The notes under the pieces were generated by a model that did no database searches, had not been told where the DNA came from, and worked only from the letters and a program-made list of their open reading frames with translations. Source: an uncultured virus (IMG/VR IMGVR_UViG_2657245648_000004) (taxonomy: Duplodnaviria; Heunggongvirae; Uroviricota; Caudoviricetes). Taken from it: DNA of 20,774 bases. Each line of letters starts with the position of its first letter. The stretch's first letter is position 1. The stretch lies in IMG/VR virus record IMGVR_UViG_2657245648_000004; one strand, 5' to 3'. The position numbers and the translations under genes were made by a program. This document shows, in pieces, positions 15,378 through 20,774 of the stretch.

Positions 15378-15566
15378 ATGAAACAAAACTCTATTTCAAG
15401 TCAAACCTCGGCGCGCTTGTTTCAGCACCCGACTATTGAAGAGCAACGCCCTTCACGCCTAGCCGTTTATAAAGCCAATGCAATTGACTTTATTAAGTTC
15501 ATTATCCTCTCGATCATTCTTTGGGTCGTAATCTCAAACGCAATAGTTTGGATGTTTGGGGGCTAG
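15378..15566 (+). CDS. 62-aa small membrane protein, first gene of the PL operon
   Basis: ATG 15378; C-terminal TM FIKFIILSIILWVVISNAIVWMF. Confidence 0.7.
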   Translation: MKQNSISSQTSARLFQHPTIEEQRPSRLAVYKANAIDFIKFIILSIILWVVISNAIVWMFGG

Positions 15567-15568
15567 TC

Positions 15569-15892
15569 ATGAATAAAAAAAGATTTACTACCCCTTTCCG
15601 CGAATTTATCACTCGCGATGAACAAGGCCGTTATCACGTACGTTTAGGTCCACAGATTTTCTCAACAAATTTAAAGCTTACCGACATTCGTATTGAGAGT
15701 GAGAACGGCAGTAATCCTGTTAGCGAAGCCCTTCTTAAAATCCGGCCTTGGATCCTTCGAAACCTCGAACAGGAAGTTAAAGAACAGCGCAAAAAAGAAC
15801 GTGAAGCAATGTTTTCTAAAGACTGCTTTAAACGCACTCCATATAGCGCAAACCAAAAAATTGCATATAAAAATGCCCGCAATAACGGATAA
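15569..15892 (+). CDS. Hypothetical phage protein
   Basis: Start at MNKKRF (15569); SD GGGGG. Confidence 0.78.
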   Translation: MNKKRFTTPFREFITRDEQGRYHVRLGPQIFSTNLKLTDIRIESENGSNPVSEALLKIRPWILRNLEQEVKEQRKKEREAMFSKDCFKRTPYSANQKIAYKNARNNG

Positions 15893-15906
15893 GTGAGGTA
15901 CTCAAA

Positions 15907-16923
15907 ATGAATGCTGCAATTAGTCCCGATGTAATAGCTAACGCTATACCTGAAAATATTCTCGATCTTCCTGGTCTTGAACGTGTATATCACCACCTCA
16001 CTTTCTTGAAAGTAATTAACGAGCTGGAAGCTCCAAAGAGCCACAACAGTGACTTTGGTGGTTATAAATATCGTTCTGCTGAAGATATTCAAGCTGCATT
16101 AAAGCCTTTGCTTCTGAAGTATAAATGCACAGTTTTCACACGAGAATTTGAGATGCAAGACGGCTTCAAAGTTTATGCATATATCGTTTTTAAAGATCAA
16201 ACATATATGCGTTGTGATTTACCTGGTGTTGCAACTTTTGACTTTGAAAAAGACCTAAATAGCAATAAGAAAATTTCAAAAACACAGCAATTTGCTGCAT
16301 ATCAAAGTTATGCAAAAAAATATGCACTTTCGAATTTACTTCTTATTGATGATTCACAGAACGATCTTGATGCTCTTACTAACCAGAATATTCAGAATGA
16401 GCAACAATTTAGTAACAAGAAGAACTATCAAAATCGTTCAAACAAACAAATGGCATCACAGGCAGACTGTGACCGCGCATTAAAACAAATTGAGGAATTA
16501 CCTTTAAATACCTCACTTGAACAAGCTGAATACATCTTTGATGGTTTACGCCAACAATATCCAAAGTTCGATAAAGAGATTTATGAAGCTGGTTGTGCGA
16601 AGTACAACGCAATCATGCAGCACTTACAAGGCCTTAGTCAGCAGCAATTAACTCAACAAACTGGCAATGCTACCCAGCAACAAACACAAAATACTCAGCA
16701 GCAACGCAACAATAGAGCTCAATCCCCGAATTCCCCAAAGCCAGGTTGCATTTCAAATAAGCAACGTGACGAGCTGCAGGCGTTCATCAATGAACGTGGC
16801 CTAGATATTAAATATGTCTGTGAGTTTATAGGCATCGATACATTGGCGGAAATTCAAGCTGCAAAATTTGACCAGGTAAAAATTGACATCGATAAATTAG
16901 CTAAACAGGAATTGAGTTCATGA
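15907..16923 (+). CDS. erf: ERF family single-strand annealing protein
   Basis: APKS..FGGYKYRSAEDI..ALKPLL and SYAKKYAL..L..IDD..D.D motifs; Q/N-rich linker and helical C-terminal domain. Confidence 0.9.
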   Translation: MNAAISPDVIANAIPENILDLPGLERVYHHLTFLKVINELEAPKSHNSDFGGYKYRSAEDIQAALKPLLLKYKCTVFTREFEMQDGFKVYAYIVFKDQTYMRCDLPGVATFDFEKDLNSNKKISKTQQFAAYQSYAKKYALSNLLLIDDSQNDLDALTNQNIQNEQQFSNKKNYQNRSNKQMASQADCDRALKQIEELPLNTSLEQAEYIFDGLRQQYPKFDKEIYEAGCAKYNAIMQHLQGLSQQQLTQQTGNATQQQTQNTQQQRNNRAQSPNSPKPGCISNKQRDELQAFINERGLDIKYVCEFIGIDTLAEIQAAKFDQVKIDIDKLAKQELSS

Positions 16924-17600
16924 AGGGATTAATTTTAGACACTGAAACTCATGATTTGGAAGGTTATCCAATCGAAATCGCTCATGTTCCAGTTGGTTTT
17001 TTAGAAAATGGCGAGCTGATTGTAGATAAAGAAGCTTGCTTTGATGAGTACTACTCTTGTCCTGAGCCTATTAACTATGGAGCAATGGCAGTACACCATA
17101 TTCTTGAATCAGACATTGCAGATAAGCCTAGTTATGAAACTTTTCGCTTGCCTGAAGGTGTTCAATACATCATTGGCCATAACGTTGATTATGATATTCG
17201 AGCTATCAAACTCGCCGACAAATCAGTTAATGCTCAATCGATTTGTACACTAGCTTTAGCTCGAATGGTTTGGCCAGATGCAGCTCATAACCTATCGGCT
17301 CTTATTTATATGCTTTCGAAAGGTTCATTGAAAGCGCGTGAATCAATTCGAAATGCACATAACGCAAAACAAGACGTTTTGCTAACAGCAGTACTGCTCA
17401 AACAAATATGTAAAGCCCTTGGCATTAAAGATATGCAATCACTTTATCTGTTTTCAGAGCAAGCGCGCATACCTACAAAAATAACTTTTGGCAAACATAA
17501 AGGTATGGCTATCAAAGATCTGCCTGCCGATTACGTTACCTGGTTGTTAAAACAGGATGACTTAGACCCTTACCTCAGCAAAGCACTACTAAAAGGATAA
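16920..17600 (+). CDS. DEDDh 3'-5' exonuclease (ExoX-like, DUF3820-type C-terminus)
   Basis: LDTET, GHNVDYD, AHNAKQDV, FGKHKG....LP..Y..WL. Confidence 0.9.
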   Translation: MKGLILDTETHDLEGYPIEIAHVPVGFLENGELIVDKEACFDEYYSCPEPINYGAMAVHHILESDIADKPSYETFRLPEGVQYIIGHNVDYDIRAIKLADKSVNAQSICTLALARMVWPDAAHNLSALIYMLSKGSLKARESIRNAHNAKQDVLLTAVLLKQICKALGIKDMQSLYLFSEQARIPTKITFGKHKGMAIKDLPADYVTWLLKQDDLDPYLSKALLKG

Positions 17601-17604
17601 AACG

Positions 17605-18939
17605 ATGAATATTTTAAATAATCAAGAAGCTTTTGCAGCTTTGCAAAAAGGTAAAAACTTACTTTGTCGTTATATGGATGGTGACTTTCTAAAACTAGAT
17701 CAGTTCCCAGCGACCGTGTTTGGGATGCCTGACTATGAGTTTTGCATCGATATTGAAAAAATCGAACTTGCTGGTTTCACATTCACAAAGCCGTGCACCT
17801 TGGATGAATTAATGGATGATCAAGAAATTTATGTAATCGATTTTTCTTGTTCAAATATTTATAAAGGTTCATTCAATTCTAAGAGTGACTATGTTTGTAA
17901 ACTTGTTGATAACGGAGTCGTTCAGAGAGATTTAAATAATGCTTCAGACCAACTTAGAGCCTTTCAAAAAGTTCTAGGTGTGGAAATGGGGATTATTATT
18001 AAGACTGTAGATTTTATCGAAACTGGTGTCGACGATAAAAAGTCCGAAGTTAAACAAACTAAAAAACGTACAAGCAAAAAAGACACACCTGTAGACCCTC
18101 AATTATTAGAAGCTGAAAAAGACATAGTGATTGATGGTATTCACTCAAGTAAAACTGAATGTGAAATTGATTCACTTTGCTATGACCTTGAAAAACATAG
18201 TTTCACGCCTGAACAATTAAAAGCTATTGAGAATGCTAAAGATGCAAAATTAGCGGAATTGGCATCAATAAAAGCTGCAGCTGAAAGTGAAAAACACGAG
18301 TTATTTACTCCAGCTGAAGAAGATGCCCAAGCACCTGAATTATCAGTTTTGTGTGAAGCTTTCATTGATGAAATTTCTAATTCGAAAAGCAAAGAAGATT
18401 TAGATTTTATTCGTAGCCGAATTAATTCAAACGGTGCTTTAACAGAAGTTGAAAATGCTGAGCTTTTCACCCGTCTAAATATCAAGGCGAAAACTTTTGA
18501 AAAGGCCGAATCAAATAATGCAGTTGTTGTTGCTGAAGTCAAAAAAACTGAAGAACGTAAACCGATTGAAGAGGAAGAAGGTAAATATCAAAAAAAGCTT
18601 ACTGAACTGAAAAAGCGTGTAGATGAATCAAAGACAGTTGCCGAAGTTAATGCTGTCACTAAGTACACCAACTCTTGGTCTGCTGAACAGCGTGCACCTT
18701 TGTTGCAATATATGCATAAACGCCTCGAGGAGCTAAAAAAAGAGAAACAAGAGAATGAGCCATCTCTTTATATCAAAATCCAAAATGCACCTGACTTAGC
18801 TGCATTAGATGCGTACGAAATTGACATACATAGTTTGGAGCCACTTGCTCAGCCAAAAATGATGCAAGCAGTTATCACTAGAAGAAAAGAACTTGATCAA
18901 ACTAAAAACGATTATTTGATCGATGAGGATCTGCCATGA
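17605..18939 (+). CDS. Hypothetical protein with four tandem helical modules
   Basis: 444-aa ORF; SD AAGGA; repeated I..S/A.T/S..EL..RxxEL-type units. Confidence 0.8.
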   Translation: MNILNNQEAFAALQKGKNLLCRYMDGDFLKLDQFPATVFGMPDYEFCIDIEKIELAGFTFTKPCTLDELMDDQEIYVIDFSCSNIYKGSFNSKSDYVCKLVDNGVVQRDLNNASDQLRAFQKVLGVEMGIIIKTVDFIETGVDDKKSEVKQTKKRTSKKDTPVDPQLLEAEKDIVIDGIHSSKTECEIDSLCYDLEKHSFTPEQLKAIENAKDAKLAELASIKAAAESEKHELFTPAEEDAQAPELSVLCEAFIDEISNSKSKEDLDFIRSRINSNGALTEVENAELFTRLNIKAKTFEKAESNNAVVVAEVKKTEERKPIEEEEGKYQKKLTELKKRVDESKTVAEVNAVTKYTNSWSAEQRAPLLQYMHKRLEELKKEKQENEPSLYIKIQNAPDLAALDAYEIDIHSLEPLAQPKMMQAVITRRKELDQTKNDYLIDEDLP

Positions 18940-19079
18940 AATTTAGATATTCATCATCAAAAAGAACATTAATTGTTATTGGCGATTTCATGAATCATCA
19001 CTTTGACAATGTGAACGCTTCGGAAATTGAACAATGTCTTTATGACGCAATGCTAAAAGAAGGTAGCTGGAGAAAGTAA
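18936..19079 (+). CDS. 47-aa hypothetical protein (MKFRYSSSKRTLIVIGDFMNHHFDNVNASEIEQCLYDAMLKEGSWRK)
   Basis: Not in ORF track; ATGA overlap upstream and TAATG overlap downstream; SD GAGGA. Confidence 0.75.
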   Translation: MKFRYSSSKRTLIVIGDFMNHHFDNVNASEIEQCLYDAMLKEGSWRK

Positions 19080-19282
19080 TGCGAACGGTCGTTAAACGCA
19101 AAAATCTCCAAGCTTTCAAGATTTGGTTAGCCCTTTTGGGCTACCAAGTTAAAGAAATGCAAGACGGCCGGGGCTTCAATTTCCGTTTTAAAAAACAGTA
19201 CGGCATGGTTACCAGAGCATTAACAGGTAATGAACTAGCTTACTCACTCGGTAAAGAATTTGAAGAACATTTGAGGGCTTAG
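19079..19282 (+). CDS. Hypothetical phage protein
   Basis: TAATG coupling; SD GGAG. Confidence 0.75.
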   Translation: MRTVVKRKNLQAFKIWLALLGYQVKEMQDGRGFNFRFKKQYGMVTRALTGNELAYSLGKEFEEHLRA

Positions 19283-19285
19283 GTA

Positions 19286-19861
19286 ATGATTGATTTAAAA
19301 ACTAAACAAGCATTTTGGGCTGAACAATTGCCCATATTTAAAGAAAAATATTGGATTCCTGGACATTTAGATGTGTTGGAATTTGACATGGTGGGAGGTT
19401 GTTTTGATATTGCAGAGAATGTCAAAACCGATCTTAGTGAAGACGATCTTTTTGATATTTACCATCGTGTAAACAGCGGGTGGGCTATGTGGAAAAAAGC
19501 CGTTACTTTCATGGAAGAGAAATCTCAAGCTCAAGCGATGCCAGCACAAAAGTTTTTTAGCCATGATTTTAATGGGGACGGCTTTAAATATCATGACTCT
19601 TTAGAAGAGGCACAAAAAGAAGCTGAATCAAGTCTCGATTGGTATAGGGATCGGGTAGCAGATGGTCACCATGTGGGTGATGATGGTGAATTTTATGAGC
19701 TATGTTACGGCGTTGTTATTGCATCGGCTGGATTTACAGTTGATGACGTAGTGACCGAAGAACATCACAAAAATGATGAGTTTACAAAGTACGAAGTGGG
19801 AACAGAAATCTTAAGTCTTCACTTTAATAAATGTAAAAGCGAATCGGGAGCTGAAGAATGA
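19286..19861 (+). CDS. Modular hypothetical phage protein
   Basis: 191 aa; N-module ending NSGW..W, AQAMP linker, ESGAEE end. Confidence 0.78.
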   Translation: MIDLKTKQAFWAEQLPIFKEKYWIPGHLDVLEFDMVGGCFDIAENVKTDLSEDDLFDIYHRVNSGWAMWKKAVTFMEEKSQAQAMPAQKFFSHDFNGDGFKYHDSLEEAQKEAESSLDWYRDRVADGHHVGDDGEFYELCYGVVIASAGFTVDDVVTEEHHKNDEFTKYEVGTEILSLHFNKCKSESGAEE

Positions 19862-20313
19862 TTGACTTTATTGAAGACGCAGAACGTCAATATGAAATCT
19901 TTTGCAAGCTTGCTGAAGAATATGGATTTCTCGATATTAATGCTGCTAATAGTGGTTTCCGATGCACAGTAAAAAAACCTGAATTTAATGCTGGTTGGAT
20001 TTCATTTACTGGCGGCGTAGCAAGCTGTAGAGATGAGGCTGAAAAATACAAAGCTGAAATCTCAAGATTAAAAGCTGAAATAGACAAAGCTCAGGTGGCT
20101 CAATGGCAACCGATCGACACAGCGCCAAAAGACAGAGCAATCTTACTCCGAAACTATGAAGGAATATTTCAGGGTCAATGGGACCAAGATGAAAAAGGAT
20201 TTCGCCCTCTTTTTATGGACTACCACGGGTGCGGTTGTTGTGGCGGAGGTTGCCCTCAACCAGATCTCTGGATGGAATTGCCACTTGCAAACGAATCAGG
20301 AGCTAATTCATGA
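19858..20313 (+). CDS. Modular phage protein with DUF551-like C-terminal domain
   Basis: WQPIDTAPKD..ILL...P..WM.LP motif. Confidence 0.75.
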   Translation: MIDFIEDAERQYEIFCKLAEEYGFLDINAANSGFRCTVKKPEFNAGWISFTGGVASCRDEAEKYKAEISRLKAEIDKAQVAQWQPIDTAPKDRAILLRNYEGIFQGQWDQDEKGFRPLFMDYHGCGCCGGGCPQPDLWMELPLANESGANS

Positions 20314-20549
20314 AAAAGCTATTACTTGTAGTTTTCCTGCTAGGCGGTTGCTCTTCTTCTAACGATGCCATCAAAGCATTAAAAGCCAATGGATTTAATG
20401 ATATCCAGACACACGGTTATGCATTTTTTGGTTGTGGCCAAGGTGATACTTTTTCCACAAAATTCACAGCAAAAAACCAGCATGGCCAGAAAGTAACAGG
20501 TGTCGTTTGTAGTGACTGGTTGAAAGGCTCAACCATTAGATTTGATTAA
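20310..20549 (+). CDS. Small phage lipoprotein
   Basis: MKK + hydrophobic core + lipobox LGGC; two further Cys; GY..FGC...D.F.T.F.A and GVVCS.W.KGSTIRF motifs. Confidence 0.82.
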   Translation: MKKLLLVVFLLGGCSSSNDAIKALKANGFNDIQTHGYAFFGCGQGDTFSTKFTAKNQHGQKVTGVVCSDWLKGSTIRFD

Positions 20550-20558
20550 GGTGATCTG

Positions 20559-20774
20559 ATGAACGTTATTTTAACTGAAGCTGATTTAGACGTAGCACTA
20601 GAGAATGGTGATTCGTATACAGACATCCTTAACCATGTCGCATTCTTACTTATTGAAAAGGTATTGGTAAAAACGAGAGGTAATAAAACTGAAGCAGCTA
20701 AAATTCTTGGTATGACTAGAGAGACTTTAAATAAAGTTATAAAACGCGTTAAGGCAAAGCGGGAGGAAGCTTAA
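20559..20774 (+). CDS. Fis-like HTH (HTH_8) protein
   Basis: LIEKVLVKTRGNKTEAAKILGMTRETL matches the Fis/NtrC C-terminal HTH. Confidence 0.85.
   Translation: MNVILTEADLDVALENGDSYTDILNHVAFLLIEKVLVKTRGNKTEAAKILGMTRETLNKVIKRVKAKREEA

Larger units (their letters stand above)
1..20774. mobile_element. Temperate lambdoid-type phage/prophage segment (immunity, replication, packaging and head start, recombination modules), probably Acinetobacter-infecting
   Basis: Divergent cI/cro with operators, rep with iterons, TerS/TerL/portal/minor head, Erf. No att site or integrase in the window. Host assignment is an inference from gene style. Confidence 0.95.

Noticed and set aside
15634..20362. Minus-strand and alternate-frame ORFs within the PL operon (e.g. 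15634-16092, 18180-18542, 17041-17253, 20156-20362)
   Set aside because: They overlap a tightly coupled plus-strand gene series that already tiles the region.

Overview
This window is an AT-rich segment of a temperate, lambdoid-organised tailed phage or prophage. Gene content resembles Acinetobacter prophages (inference, no database search run). The minus strand runs from a cro-like gene through a CII-position regulator, a PAPS-reductase-family gene, a replication initiator with internal iterons (origin), nin-like accessory genes, DUF1064 and a Q-position antiterminator. It continues past a pR'-like promoter and terminator stack into a small coiled-coil gene, a D12/Dam-type adenine methylase, a nuclease-like gene, a HEXXH metallopeptidase, TerS, TerL, portal and minor head protein. 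The plus strand runs from the CI repressor through PL, an Erf annealase, an ExoX-like 3'-5' exonuclease, modular accessory genes, a lipoprotein and a Fis-like HTH protein. Six operator copies (three OR, three OL) are readable. The most interesting unannotated signals are: (i) three candidate cis-antisense small RNAs, each with a promoter and terminator hairpin, aimed at the leaders of the methylase, an early membrane-protein gene and the gene after the CII-like gene; (ii) a 76-aa stand-alone tail-fibre-like coiled-coil gene bracketed by two near-identical hairpin direct repeats; (iii) shared junction microhomologies suggesting module shuffling among early genes. All functional interpretations come from motif reading only.
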